Source of the DNA: an uncultured virus (IMG/VR IMGVR_UViG_3300042484_003076)
Taxonomy: Duplodnaviria > Heunggongvirae > Uroviricota > Caudoviricetes
DNA: 20,000 nucleotides
IMG/VR virus record: IMGVR_UViG_3300042484_003076
Direction: 5' to 3' (one strand)
The notes beneath the pieces are model-generated. The model saw only the letters and a program-made list of their open reading frames with translations. It was not told where the DNA came from and did no database searches. The translations under genes were made by a program, and so were the position numbers. Numbering within the stretch: the first letter of the stretch is position 1; each line of letters starts with the position of its first letter. Positions 7,177-15,645 of the stretch are shown one piece after another.

Positions 7177-7519
7177 TATTCTCCATACAGTGAATAAATA
7201 GATAACACATGGCTTTAGCTGCTGTATCAGAGTACTTTTCGCCTTTAGGATTAGAAGCAAAATAGCCAATATCACCATTATCTGCTACGCCTTTTTGCAA
7301 AACATAAGTCAACCTATGATCATCAAAAGCTCTAGTGATTGCGTCTAGGGATGTGTCATATTTTGGCACTGGAATATATTGCTTACTGCCATCAAGAGGG
7401 TTTCTAACGGTTGATCTGTCGTTAATTCCACAGAGTCCATCTAAAACAAATTCTTGATAATCACCAGTAAACCCGCAAAGCTCAGCGACTTTCTTTCTGA
7501 TTGAGATCGTGTTAGTCAT
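7154..7519 (-). CDS. Phage protein, possibly ABA-sandwich-domain-like
   Basis: VAE.CG...P.Y.TSLDA...TAA.A.C pattern recalled from that family. Confidence 0.5.
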   Translation of the reverse strand: MTNTISIRKKVAELCGFTGDYQEFVLDGLCGINDRSTVRNPLDGSKQYIPVPKYDTSLDAITRAFDDHRLTYVLQKGVADNGDIGYFASNPKGEKYSDTAAKAMCYLFIHCMENNDGYKSD

Positions 7520-7522
7520 GCT

Positions 7523-7759
7523 CTAAAGCCTCCTAATCTTCTGTAAATCATCAGCATTGCAATTAAGCACATTGCAAAGCGCGTCAATTAGGTCAAATTC
7601 CAAGAACCTGTAACACCCCTGCTCTAACTTTTGGATTTTGCGTAGATTGCAGCTATCCATACTTGCAGCATTAGCTTTTAGCCAAGCATCGCACTGCTTA
7701 GCTAATTCTTTTTGAGTTAGCGATCGCGCTTTGCGTAATCGCTTGAGATTTAGTTGCAT
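7523..7759 (-). CDS. XRE/Cro-like HTH transcriptional regulator
   Basis: LKRLRKARSLTQKELA...IQKLEQG...LCNVLNC..DDL; ATG at 7759. Confidence 0.8.
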   Translation of the reverse strand: MQLNLKRLRKARSLTQKELAKQCDAWLKANAASMDSCNLRKIQKLEQGCYRFLEFDLIDALCNVLNCNADDLQKIRRL

Positions 7760-7983
7760 GACTTTAGCTCTTGGTATTTGCGCTCTAATTCTGGTAGTTC
7801 GCATTCGAGATCCCCGTTGACGGTTAACTCGTACCATTTACCAGTAGATTTAGAATAATGGTAAGAATATTGTTCTAACTGTTTATTCCAACGAATACTA
7901 AGATTAGATTCAGTGCGGACATAAACTTCACCTTCATGCGCCAAAAGAGAAGTAGTAATTGTATTTTCTCTAATTATTTCCAC
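7750..7983 (-). CDS. Hypothetical protein, first gene of the leftward operon
   Basis: GAGGT RBS, GTG start, overlaps the HTH gene. Confidence 0.6.
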   Translation of the reverse strand: MEIIRENTITTSLLAHEGEVYVRTESNLSIRWNKQLEQYSYHYSKSTGKWYELTVNGDLECELPELERKYQELKSCN

Positions 7984-8022
7984 ATTGTTACCTCATCAAC
8001 TACTAATCACTATACTATCTAC

Positions 8023-8139
8023 TACCCCCTAAAAGGATACTTTTTACTTATATAATTAGATGAGAAGCAGTGACAATACTAATCATTTGTGTATTGTCTA
8101 TCCTTCAAAAGGGTAGTATCTTTAGTAAACCGAAGGGTA
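8023..8139. promoter_or_regulatory. Divergent promoter region with 17-bp palindromic operators
   Basis: TAYCC-N7-GGRTA at 8023-8039 and 8099-8115, half site ending at 8139. Back-to-back GACAATAC (8072-8079) / GTATTGTC (8091-8098). Rightward TTGTCT-17-TATCTT. Confidence 0.6.
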
Positions 8140-8191
8140 TCTACACACAAGCTAAGATGAATTTATGACTATTGTTGAGGTTGCTTAACCC

Positions 8192-8353
8192 ATGACACAA
8201 ATCCAATATTGCGAAAAATACTGGATTTCTCGCAATATCGCAATAGCGAGTATTCCAGTATTTCATTATGGCAATAAGGTAAGCCGAAAATGCCTATTTG
8301 TAATTGAATCGCAACCAATTGTAGGAATGACTGAGGTTTATTGTGATGACTAA
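8192..8353 (+). CDS. 53 aa hypothetical protein (not in ORF track): MTQIQYCEKYWIS...
   Basis: GAGG upstream; stop overlaps the next start. Confidence 0.55.
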   Translation: MTQIQYCEKYWISRNIAIASIPVFHYGNKVSRKCLFVIESQPIVGMTEVYCDD

Positions 8354-8600
8354 ACCCGTAAACCACTACGCATCAACAGCGCCGATCCCTGATTGGCTTG
8401 AGGCTGAGATTTTAGAGCTATCAAAAGATGTTGATGAGATCGCCTTATTAGTGACCGACTTAGGGGGATCGTTATGGCTTCTTAGTTGGTTGAGTCATCC
8501 ATCAGCAAAAATATCTGAACAAGCTAACAAATGGCTTAAAACACAATCACGCGACACATTCAAAGCGCTACCCATTGGAGTAGCGATGGAGTTGATTTAG
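8346..8600 (+). CDS. Hypothetical protein
   Basis: GAGG RBS; followed by a terminator. Confidence 0.6.
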   Translation: MTKPVNHYASTAPIPDWLEAEILELSKDVDEIALLVTDLGGSLWLLSWLSHPSAKISEQANKWLKTQSRDTFKALPIGVAMELI

Positions 8601-8643
8601 GCATGACAGCGGCGATCGCGAATTGGATTAATTAATAACCCAC

Positions 8644-8688
8644 AGCAAAAAGAGAGAGCGATCGCAATGATCGCTCTCTCTTTTTGCT
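8644..8688. terminator. Bidirectional terminator
   Basis: Perfect 20-bp inverted repeat AGCAAAAAGAGAGAGCGATC with a 5-nt loop, between convergent genes. Confidence 0.85.
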
Positions 8689-8744
8689 TACTTATAAGGC
8701 TTAGGCTTGGGCTTACTACCTTTGGGCTTAGGTTTCATTTTCAT
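8688..8744 (-). CDS. 18 aa Lys/Pro micropeptide MKMKPKPKGSKPKPKPYK
   Basis: KP repeat uses varied synonymous codons; stop abuts the terminator. Confidence 0.45.
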   Translation of the reverse strand: MKMKPKPKGSKPKPKPYK

Positions 8745-8942
8745 GGCAGTGGTTCTGTGACTTAACACTTTTATTATTGCAGATTGTCCTCCTCAAGATT
8801 TAATTTAATAGATCATCACTCAATTCTAGTATTAGTAACAACGATCGCCGCGAGTTCGCGGTTGATCTTGCTGCGTAGTTCAACCCATCAAGCCCGTAAC
8901 GCTTGATGGGATTCTCTGGGAAGTGGTGTTAAGTTCATGCCT

Positions 8943-9467
8943 TCACAAAGTTAAATATTCAGTGCTAGGCAAACTGTCCAAATCGACAGTAAATTTTTCT
9001 TTAAACCAATTTGGAAAACCTTTAGGATAAGCTCGTTTTAAATCTCCAACAGTAAAGCCTAAAACACCGCCGACCCAAGGTTCTGTTACCACATCAAAGG
9101 CAATGTGCAAACAACAAGAAAAAGCATTGCTTACCCTATCTGCTATCTCAAAGCGCAAATTATCGTAAGCCTCTAGTTCCGCCTCGGTACAGTCTTCTGA
9201 CTGGCTCCTTGTATCAACAAAGCGATCTAACTTTGCTCGTTCAAGCCTATTACCCATTAAATGAGCATAATCCACGACCTCAGTGGAATACTCAGAGATA
9301 AGGTCGTAGACATCCTCTAGGTTATTCCATTTGGGATAATCGGTCGCATATTTAAAGAAGGTGTGCAGTTGATTAACCGTCCAGCCGTAGTAGCGATCGT
9401 GTTTAAAACTAGCCTTAGCCAAGCGAAAAGCGAGGTCTTTTAATCGTTTGAGTTGCAGTTCTGTCAT
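8943..9467 (-). CDS. Hypothetical protein
   Basis: 174 aa ORF with GGAG RBS. Confidence 0.75.
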   Translation of the reverse strand: MTELQLKRLKDLAFRLAKASFKHDRYYGWTVNQLHTFFKYATDYPKWNNLEDVYDLISEYSTEVVDYAHLMGNRLERAKLDRFVDTRSQSEDCTEAELEAYDNLRFEIADRVSNAFSCCLHIAFDVVTEPWVGGVLGFTVGDLKRAYPKGFPNWFKEKFTVDLDSLPSTEYLTL

Positions 9468-9502
9468 GGTTTTCTCCGATGTGGTCTGGGGTGATTGTTA
9501 CT

Positions 9503-10099
9503 TTAAGCATAAATTAAACCTTGCACATCCCGATATTTAAGAACATGCTGCCAAGCGCCGATCTGAATCCATTCGATAGAAGTATTTTTGAATAGCTGTG
9601 GAGACTCATCACATTGCTTGCATGGAGTCGTAGGATTGACGGTGCATTTAAGATATTGCGAATCCGCAAAGTAAGGACATTGTTTATAAACTTCAATACC
9701 CTCACTTAGGAAGTAATTCTCTAAAGCCTTGTAAAATAAAGGATGCAAACAACCTTGAAATGAGCCGCCATATATCCGCAAAGCTATCCCTAGATTATTT
9801 GCGGCGACAGTGTAACCGATTAGGTTGAAGCAAACATTAAAGCCAGTTCCCATCTCTTTGATTGTAAATCCCTTGCAAACAACTGGTAAGTTCTTGGGGT
9901 AAAAAGTTAAGTTGTCAAGAAACATCTGATTTCTAGGGAATATATCACGACAGATTATTTCAAGGTCAAAACCTAAATTCTGCATCTTTTGGCAAATATG
10001 TTTAGAGTTTGATTTACTCTCTAACACCAATTGATGCGTGGCTTCTAGCTTTTTATCAGTGCAGTGAAAGCGATCGCCTAACCAATATATTTCGATCAT
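9503..10099 (-). CDS. Hypothetical protein with C-terminal Cys cluster (DUF6464-like)
   Basis: CPYF..S.YLKC.VNP..PC..C; start reassigned to the ATGA overlap at 10099. Confidence 0.65.
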   Translation of the reverse strand: MIEIYWLGDRFHCTDKKLEATHQLVLESKSNSKHICQKMQNLGFDLEIICRDIFPRNQMFLDNLTFYPKNLPVVCKGFTIKEMGTGFNVCFNLIGYTVAANNLGIALRIYGGSFQGCLHPLFYKALENYFLSEGIEVYKQCPYFADSQYLKCTVNPTTPCKQCDESPQLFKNTSIEWIQIGAWQHVLKYRDVQGLIYA

Positions 10100-10311
10100 T
10101 TTGCTAACCTCTGGAAATAGTGGCAAGTGTATCTGTTACCAGTCTTAATCACAACGTTACCGCCTTTCTTGCGGCATAGCCTAGAAGCCTCTTGATTGCT
10201 TCTAGCTGTGATTTTACCAAGGTCAGAGAAGCCATTGCCAACGGTGCGGTTAACTTGTGCGATCGCAGGGGTGGAAATAGAAAGCAATGCGAGGATTAGT
10301 AGATATTTCAT
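10096..10311 (-). CDS. Small secreted protein
   Basis: Signal peptide MKYLLILALLSISTPAIA; two Cys. Confidence 0.7.
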   Translation of the reverse strand: MKYLLILALLSISTPAIAQVNRTVGNGFSDLGKITARSNQEASRLCRKKGGNVVIKTGNRYTCHYFQRLAK

Positions 10312-10347
10312 GGTTTAATATTTGGTAGAAATGCAGTTATTCGGGTT

Positions 10348-10379
10348 TCAGCGATTGCTTGTCATGGGGCAATCGCTGA
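10348..10379. other. Intergenic hairpin after the methylase (terminator or processing site)
   Basis: TCAGCGATTGC / GCAATCGCTGA 11-bp stem. Confidence 0.55.
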
Positions 10380-10382
10380 TTT

Positions 10383-11414
10383 TTATTGAATGATCGCTTG
10401 CAAAATCTTTTGATACATCAGGGGTGGTACTGAGTTACCGATAATTTTGCCATCTAACGACTTTTTGCCACTCCACTGATAGTTATCAGGAAACGACTGT
10501 AAACGAGCTAAGCAAGCAATGTCTAGAGCTACGATACGAGCATTTAGCAATGCATTAGCTCTGTGATAATGCCCATCTTGACCCATCGCTCGTAATGTCC
10601 AACATGGCTCATCGGCAGCGCGGGTTTGGAGTTCGCGATCGCTTCTTGCTCCTGTGTTTTCGATTAGGATTGCCTTTAATGGGTGCGCTGAATTGGTTGA
10701 TGTTAATGTAAAAGATGGCGATTTTCTATCTACTGCATAAACATTTCTACCAGCTTCAAAATTATTATATTGTTGCGATAAAAATAGATGATCACTAATC
10801 TCATCTGGCAATGCTTTCAACTGCCAATCTGCCAGCTTGCTATCAGGTAAATCATGAACACAATCCGCGATCGCCTCATACCATCCGATATGCTTTTCTT
10901 TTGGCGGTAATGATGGGATAAAGCCGTCTTTAACAGCGATTAGGATTAAGCGGCGGCGACTTTGAGGCACTCCAAAATCAGCAGCGTTAAGTACCTGCCA
11001 ATTACAGAAATATCCAAGCTTATGAAGCATCTCAACAATCAAATGGAACGATTTGGATTTGCGGTAAGCTTCCACATTTTCAAGAGTAAAATGCTTAGGC
11101 TGTAGCACTTGGATAAATTCTGCAACCTTTCGGGCGCAATCAATATCAAGCTGAGCTTCGCCTTTGTTAGCATTAGCTGTGCTGAATTGCTTACAGACTG
11201 GGCTAGCGTGAAGGATATCAGGCTTTTCAAAGCGATACGGATCGCAATCAAGGATATTGGCAACATGCATTTTGCCGTTTATATTTGCCTTGTGAACTTC
11301 AGCGATCGCAGGATCGTATTCCACTGATTCACATGGTTCTAGTCCTGCGGCGATCGCTCCTAAATCTGCACCGCCCCCGCCTGCAAACAATGCTGTAAAT
11401 GTTTTTTTACTCAT
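10383..11414 (-). CDS. dcm: Orphan DNA (cytosine-5) methyltransferase
   Basis: Motifs I LFAGGGG, IV SPVC, VI ENV, VIII PQSRRR, IX RLQSFP, X GNSV; ATGA-coupled start at 11414. Confidence 0.9.
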   Translation of the reverse strand: MSKKTFTALFAGGGGADLGAIAAGLEPCESVEYDPAIAEVHKANINGKMHVANILDCDPYRFEKPDILHASPVCKQFSTANANKGEAQLDIDCARKVAEFIQVLQPKHFTLENVEAYRKSKSFHLIVEMLHKLGYFCNWQVLNAADFGVPQSRRRLILIAVKDGFIPSLPPKEKHIGWYEAIADCVHDLPDSKLADWQLKALPDEISDHLFLSQQYNNFEAGRNVYAVDRKSPSFTLTSTNSAHPLKAILIENTGARSDRELQTRAADEPCWTLRAMGQDGHYHRANALLNARIVALDIACLARLQSFPDNYQWSGKKSLDGKIIGNSVPPLMYQKILQAIIQ

Positions 11415-11692
11415 TGCACTAGCTCCACTAACTCGCACTCGTAAGCAAAAATATTCTCAGCAATCTCACCTTGGCTAGAACCGCCTTTAGCAAGGTAATC
11501 AAAACAACGCTCTGATGCAATTGCTGGTTCTGGTAGTGCATAAACCTTAGCTTCGATATATGCAAAATGTTGAGTGACGTGAACATTCTCGGAATATATC
11601 TCTCGCAGGGCAAGAGCTAATGGTGACTTACTAGGATATCTTGCGGCGGCGATGTGTGCGGCGGTAACAGACACTTTGATTGTACTTAGCAT
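11411..11692 (-). CDS. Phage-type hypothetical protein
   Basis: Coupled to both neighbours. Confidence 0.65.
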   Translation of the reverse strand: MLSTIKVSVTAAHIAAARYPSKSPLALALREIYSENVHVTQHFAYIEAKVYALPEPAIASERCFDYLAKGGSSQGEIAENIFAYECELVELVQ

Positions 11693-11967
11693 CGCTTCAA
11701 CCTCTTAATTACTTCCTTTTTGTACTGCTCTTTCTTCTCTTCTTTCACCCGCTTCGCCTTAGCCACGGGATGGGCTAGCTCTGATTCAAGGAAATCAGCT
11801 AGTTCGGCGGGGTTGCCTTGTTCATCTACGATCGCATAATCATAGTTAGGATTGTCAGTCTGATGGCGTTCTAGCATCAGACGTAGTACGTCAAGTCGTG
11901 CGGTGTACTTGGTTAAATCTTCTACTTTGCGTATGGTGCGGATGAGCTTGAATTGTTTGTCGGTCAT
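11686..11967 (-). CDS. Hypothetical protein with basic C-terminus
   Basis: Start reassigned to MTDKQF (ATGA overlap). Confidence 0.65.
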   Translation of the reverse strand: MTDKQFKLIRTIRKVEDLTKYTARLDVLRLMLERHQTDNPNYDYAIVDEQGNPAELADFLESELAHPVAKAKRVKEEKKEQYKKEVIKRLKRC

Positions 11968-12062
11968 TTGCTTCTTTTGCCAATAGTGTAGCCAAGGGTA
12001 AAACAAGAAATACATAAAGACGCTAGACAACAAATCACAGTAAAAATAGATACTCCGATCAT
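11964..12062 (-). CDS. 32 aa single-TM peptide (not in ORF track): MIGVSIFTVICCLASLCISCFTLGYTIGKRSK
   Basis: GAGGAG RBS; ATGA overlap downstream. Confidence 0.55.
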   Translation of the reverse strand: MIGVSIFTVICCLASLCISCFTLGYTIGKRSK

Positions 12063-12064
12063 AA

Positions 12065-12337
12065 TTAACTCCTCGCAACCGCAATCTTAATAGCGAGGTA
12101 AGCCAAGAAATCAGTTTGATCGCATGGTTCCCAAAGACCAAATATTAGCCAATCTTCAAAAGAGATTAAATCATCTCTCTCAATATCATGATCGCCAAAT
12201 TTGTAAAGAAATTGGAAGTCTATAATAATTTCTTCCAGCTTTTCTATAGTGCGATCCTTGTAGTTGCGAATAAAGCTAGAGACGGGGTGGGATTCGTGTT
12301 CGTAGCGCTCTATAACTTGTTGTAGTAATTCTTGCAT
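12065..12337 (-). CDS. Hypothetical protein
   Basis: ORF track; fits the operon. Confidence 0.65.
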   Translation of the reverse strand: MQELLQQVIERYEHESHPVSSFIRNYKDRTIEKLEEIIIDFQFLYKFGDHDIERDDLISFEDWLIFGLWEPCDQTDFLAYLAIKIAVARS

Positions 12338-12344
12338 AATGTTT

Positions 12345-12363
12345 AGGCGGCATTGCGCCGCCT
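12345..12363. other. GC-rich intergenic hairpin after bet
   Basis: AGGCGGC-ATTGC-GCCGCCT. Confidence 0.45.
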
Positions 12364-12374
12364 GTGAGTGTGGG

Positions 12375-13292
12375 TTAGAAATCGTCAGCGTCTATAGGAT
12401 TGCGGCTTTCATCTTCCAGCGTTGGCTCTACTTCATCAGGTTCAGCTTGTGCAGATTTCACGGGTTGAGGGGCAACTTCCTGATTAAACTTCTTAGTCAA
12501 ATCACCCAAAATATTAGTGATGATTGAGAGCTGATCTTGACTTGGCTCGTACTTGCTAGAGCTTTTCGCAACCCATGCTATAAGCTTTTCCAGATCCTCA
12601 ATGGTTGCGCACTTGTTTACACCCTTCTCAAAGATTGCCCATAGCTTGTCATCCCATCCCGTCGCGATTTCTGGCTGTGGGGTGCTGACTGGTTGAGTCT
12701 GTGGACTGACATTGCTAGCTTGATCCATCTCTTCAGATGCATAAAGCCCAGCGGTTTGCTCTGGAAATGCTTTGCGGAGCGCTAAAGCCTCGGAACATTT
12801 ACCGATCATAATATCGGGCATTTTTTCCCATAGTCCTGAAAGCTTGCCTTTGAAGTCTTGCTTGTAAGCGTCAAAACGAGCGACGGCTGTGAATGGTTGC
12901 CCACAACCTTTACGATATACAACAGTTTTAGCAGCGCTTGGCGGTGTTGATTTTAACCACACTTCCAACCATTTGCCATCTTCTCCACACCAAAAAGTTG
13001 TAGAGCCGTCATAGTATCCAGAATTAGCAGCGCGTTTGCGAAGTCCATCAATCGATACTTGGATCGACATTTTTGGCTCTTTGCGCTGTGTCTCTGGGTT
13101 CCAAGCCTCTCTAGAGATTGCGTAAATCTCACGGGTGAAAGGACTTAAACCAGTCTGTTTGCAAACTTCAATGAAATAATCAAGTTCTGTGTCAGAGCAT
13201 TTAGGCGCAATCTGTTGCTTGAGAACTTTCAACTGCTCAGGATTGAAATGCTGAGTGATGCTTGATTGAGATGTAGTTGTGATAGCAGACAT
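12375..13292 (-). CDS. bet: Phage recombination protein Bet (RecT family ssDNA-annealing protein)
   Basis: GLSPF.REIY, SIDGLR..A and W.KMP..M..KCSE..ALRKAFP motifs; acidic tail ending DDF. Confidence 0.9.
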   Translation of the reverse strand: MSAITTTSQSSITQHFNPEQLKVLKQQIAPKCSDTELDYFIEVCKQTGLSPFTREIYAISREAWNPETQRKEPKMSIQVSIDGLRKRAANSGYYDGSTTFWCGEDGKWLEVWLKSTPPSAAKTVVYRKGCGQPFTAVARFDAYKQDFKGKLSGLWEKMPDIMIGKCSEALALRKAFPEQTAGLYASEEMDQASNVSPQTQPVSTPQPEIATGWDDKLWAIFEKGVNKCATIEDLEKLIAWVAKSSSKYEPSQDQLSIITNILGDLTKKFNQEVAPQPVKSAQAEPDEVEPTLEDESRNPIDADDF

Positions 13293-13297
13293 TTGTT

Positions 13298-13405
13298 TTA
13301 CCTGTGTGGATTAATGTTAATAGCGATCGCCCAAATAATAGGCGATAAGAATGCGACGCAAAGCCAGTAAAGCATTTGCTGATGGAGATAGTCGTATGGA
13401 GTCAT
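13298..13405 (-). CDS. 35 aa single-TM peptide (not in ORF track): MTPYDYLHQQMLYWLCVAFLSPIIWAIAININPHR
   Basis: ATGA overlap with the upstream ORF; GGAG RBS. Confidence 0.5.
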   Translation of the reverse strand: MTPYDYLHQQMLYWLCVAFLSPIIWAIAININPHR

Positions 13406-13557
13406 ACTTCTATCTCCGTTAGCTCATCATGTGTGACTGGTCTTTCAACCCTATTACCACAGCGGATCAAATAATCGTATCCAATTACGCTAGGGAGTGT
13501 ATCAACGATTGTGGCGATCGCGCCTTGGTAAAGGACTTGCTGCGATGGTTGGTACAT
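13402..13557 (-). CDS. 51 aa hypothetical protein (not in ORF track): MYQPSQQVLYQGAIATIV...
   Basis: TAATG coupling upstream, ATGA coupling downstream. Confidence 0.6.
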   Translation of the reverse strand: MYQPSQQVLYQGAIATIVDTLPSVIGYDYLIRCGNRVERPVTHDELTEIEV

Positions 13558-14159
13558 TAGATCAGCGCTCCGCAACCGTAACGACCTGACAAAGCAAAAG
13601 CGTCATCGCCAAATGTGTCGCGTGGTGAGTAGGTAGAGGCGAAATCATCGACTGTGTATGCACCTTGTGATGCAATGCGTTCTTGTCGGCGTTGTTCCCA
13701 TGGGTCAACTGGTAGCAATTCTTGATAAGCTTGCTCAGCTACGGTTTCGCAGATAGTGACGACAGGGGGAAGTAAATCGCTGATTGCTTGCTCGGATTCA
13801 GTGGCGATCGCATCATCGGATTTAGCTTTGACAATCTCTAGGGAGATTTCATCTAGCACTTGCCAAGCATTTGCTTTTGTGGTCGTGTAGTAATCACCAT
13901 GATTATTACCAATCTGTTCACCTAGTTCAAACTTTGGAGGGAAAAGCGTGATTTCTTTCCCCTTGATCTCTATCTCTACACCCAAGGAACCAGCGCGATC
14001 GCTAATCTCTTGTAGTGAGCGGGATTTTGGGGCGCGTGGTTTAGTGATACCAGCGCGTTTGTTGGATTCTTTCACCATTGCATGAGCGTCTCTGGCTGCG
14101 ATTGTAGATGTGCTGCGGCGCATATCGTAACCGCCAATGATTTGAAATGTGTCTGACAT
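13557..14159 (-). CDS. Hypothetical protein, first gene of the bet-dcm operon
   Basis: 200 aa ORF directly downstream of a near-consensus promoter. Confidence 0.75.
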   Translation of the reverse strand: MSDTFQIIGGYDMRRSTSTIAARDAHAMVKESNKRAGITKPRAPKSRSLQEISDRAGSLGVEIEIKGKEITLFPPKFELGEQIGNNHGDYYTTTKANAWQVLDEISLEIVKAKSDDAIATESEQAISDLLPPVVTICETVAEQAYQELLPVDPWEQRRQERIASQGAYTVDDFASTYSPRDTFGDDAFALSGRYGCGALI

Positions 14160-14198
14160 GATGCGTTGCCTTTGCTTTACTTGCTTGAATCTTTTAGT

Positions 14199-14227
14199 AC
14201 TATAGATCGAAATAAGTACTATGTCAA
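14199..14227 (-). promoter_or_regulatory. Sigma70-type leftward promoter
   Basis: TTGACA-17-TATAGT with two AGTACTAT boxes overlapping it. Confidence 0.7.
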
Positions 14228-14251
14228 TACTTTTAAAATATTAATTTGGTA

Positions 14252-14289
14252 TTGACTTGATATCAATATATGCTATATTGATATCAAGT
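14252..14289 (+). promoter_or_regulatory. Rightward promoter overlapped by a 35-bp palindromic operator
   Basis: TTGACT-16-TATATT with extended -10 TG; ACTTGATATCAATATA-TGC-TATATTGATATCAAGT. Confidence 0.7.
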
Positions 14290-14307
14290 AGTTTACACAA
14301 AGCATTT

Positions 14308-14463
14308 ATGGCAAAAGTATCAATGCCATTGTATTTAGAGGAAGAGACTCGGAAAGATCTTGAGTCTTTTGCAAAATCCCAGAAAAGATCAATGAGTGCA
14401 TCGATTGAGATTTTGATTATTGAAGCAGTCAAAAAAGCTAAAAAGCAAGGAGTGATTGAATGA
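14308..14463 (+). CDS. Ribbon-helix-helix (Arc/CopG-like) regulator
   Basis: KVSMPLYL.EE....L...AK..KRSMS..I..LI pattern; ATG at 14308. Confidence 0.8.
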   Translation: MAKVSMPLYLEEETRKDLESFAKSQKRSMSASIEILIIEAVKKAKKQGVIE

Positions 14464-15188
14464 ACTTACAACTATTCTCATTTAACGATCATTTAGTTCG
14501 TGTCATTTCTGTAAATGGCGATCCTTGGTTTGTCGCTCAAGACGTTTGTTCTATTTTGGATTTAGGGAATGTAAGCCAAGCTTGCAAACCCTTGAAAGCT
14601 AGAGAAAAGGATCTATACAATAATGACACCCTTGGCGGTAAGCAAGATGTAGTAATCATTTCAGAGTCTGGCTTATACCGTTTGACCATGAAATCTCGTA
14701 AACCTCAAGCTGAGCCGTTCCAAGATTGGGTATGTGAAGAAATCCTTCCATCAATCCGCAAAACTGGTAAATATGAGGTAGTTCCATCTCAATCAGGAAT
14801 TAAAACATCTATTCCAGTAATTGCATCTAGAGAGCTAGCACTAGAAACCGCCCGATCGGTATCTGAAATCAAAGATTTATTAGCAGATACTGATCCGCGT
14901 TTATGCCAATTGCTTGTAGATGTAGCTATTAATGATGCAGTCAACAGCATTAAGGCGATCACCCCTGCTAGTGAAACTCAATGGATGGGAGTAGCGGAAA
15001 TTGCTGAATATTTGAAACTACCAATCACGCTGCAAAACCGTACCTCTCTAGGTAAATTTGTTAAAGCTGCATGTGGCAATATTGGCAAGCAAGAATCAAG
15101 AATTTGCAATGGTCGCATGATGCTTATTTGGTGCTATCCGTTCCCAAATAGTGAAGTCGAAAAAGCTGTTAAGAACTTTTTTAAATAA
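14460..15188 (+). CDS. BRO-N domain phage antirepressor-like protein
   Basis: F.F....VRV...NG.PWFVA.DVC..L; ISESGLY.L...SRKP.A..F..WV..E.LPSIRKTG.Y. Confidence 0.9.
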   Translation: MNLQLFSFNDHLVRVISVNGDPWFVAQDVCSILDLGNVSQACKPLKAREKDLYNNDTLGGKQDVVIISESGLYRLTMKSRKPQAEPFQDWVCEEILPSIRKTGKYEVVPSQSGIKTSIPVIASRELALETARSVSEIKDLLADTDPRLCQLLVDVAINDAVNSIKAITPASETQWMGVAEIAEYLKLPITLQNRTSLGKFVKAACGNIGKQESRICNGRMMLIWCYPFPNSEVEKAVKNFFK

Positions 15189-15201
15189 CAGGAGTAACAT
15201 C

Positions 15202-15645
15202 ATGCACCCCGTAGAAAACCTCACGCATCTATACCGCGCTCGTAGATTTTGGCACACACCTGAACTCAATCAAGCGATCGCGAAAATTATTAATCACTTT
15301 GGCGATCGCGCATCTATTCCCCCTGAATTTATGGCTGAGTTCATGAATGGAATCAACCGTCATGGCTTGCCAAGTGGCGATGGTTGGAATGTGTGGTACG
15401 AACCATGTCCAGTTGTTAAAACTACTGCGATGGAAATCATTGTGGTATCACAGGATCTATCGCCAGAAATCCTAGAAATATTTCCAGACCTCTACAAGGG
15501 CGGTAGATTCCATGTCAACAAAGCCAAGCTACAGCAATCAGGCAGGGCATATCACTCGCGGCATGGTGAGTATTTCTATATTGCTGTGCCTGATAGCGCG
15601 ATCGCATTGCCAGAAAGTAAGGAATTATTAGAGGTTGCATTGTGA
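15202..15645 (+). CDS. Hypothetical protein
   Basis: AGGAG RBS before ATG 15202. Confidence 0.7.
   Translation: MHPVENLTHLYRARRFWHTPELNQAIAKIINHFGDRASIPPEFMAEFMNGINRHGLPSGDGWNVWYEPCPVVKTTAMEIIVVSQDLSPEILEIFPDLYKGGRFHVNKAKLQQSGRAYHSRHGEYFYIAVPDSAIALPESKELLEVAL

Noticed and set aside
932..8070. Shared GAGAAGCAG (932, 8062) and AAAAGGATA (1000, 8031) words
   Set aside because: 9-mers can recur by chance in 20 kb, and no full operator is present at ~1 kb
8169..8366. Minus-strand 65 aa ORF
   Set aside because: Opposes a plus-strand ORF that has an RBS, a promoter and coupling
9514..12527. ORFs 9514..9705, 11039..11266, 11109..11327, 11428..11613, 12339..12527
   Set aside because: Nested in or antisense to longer genes
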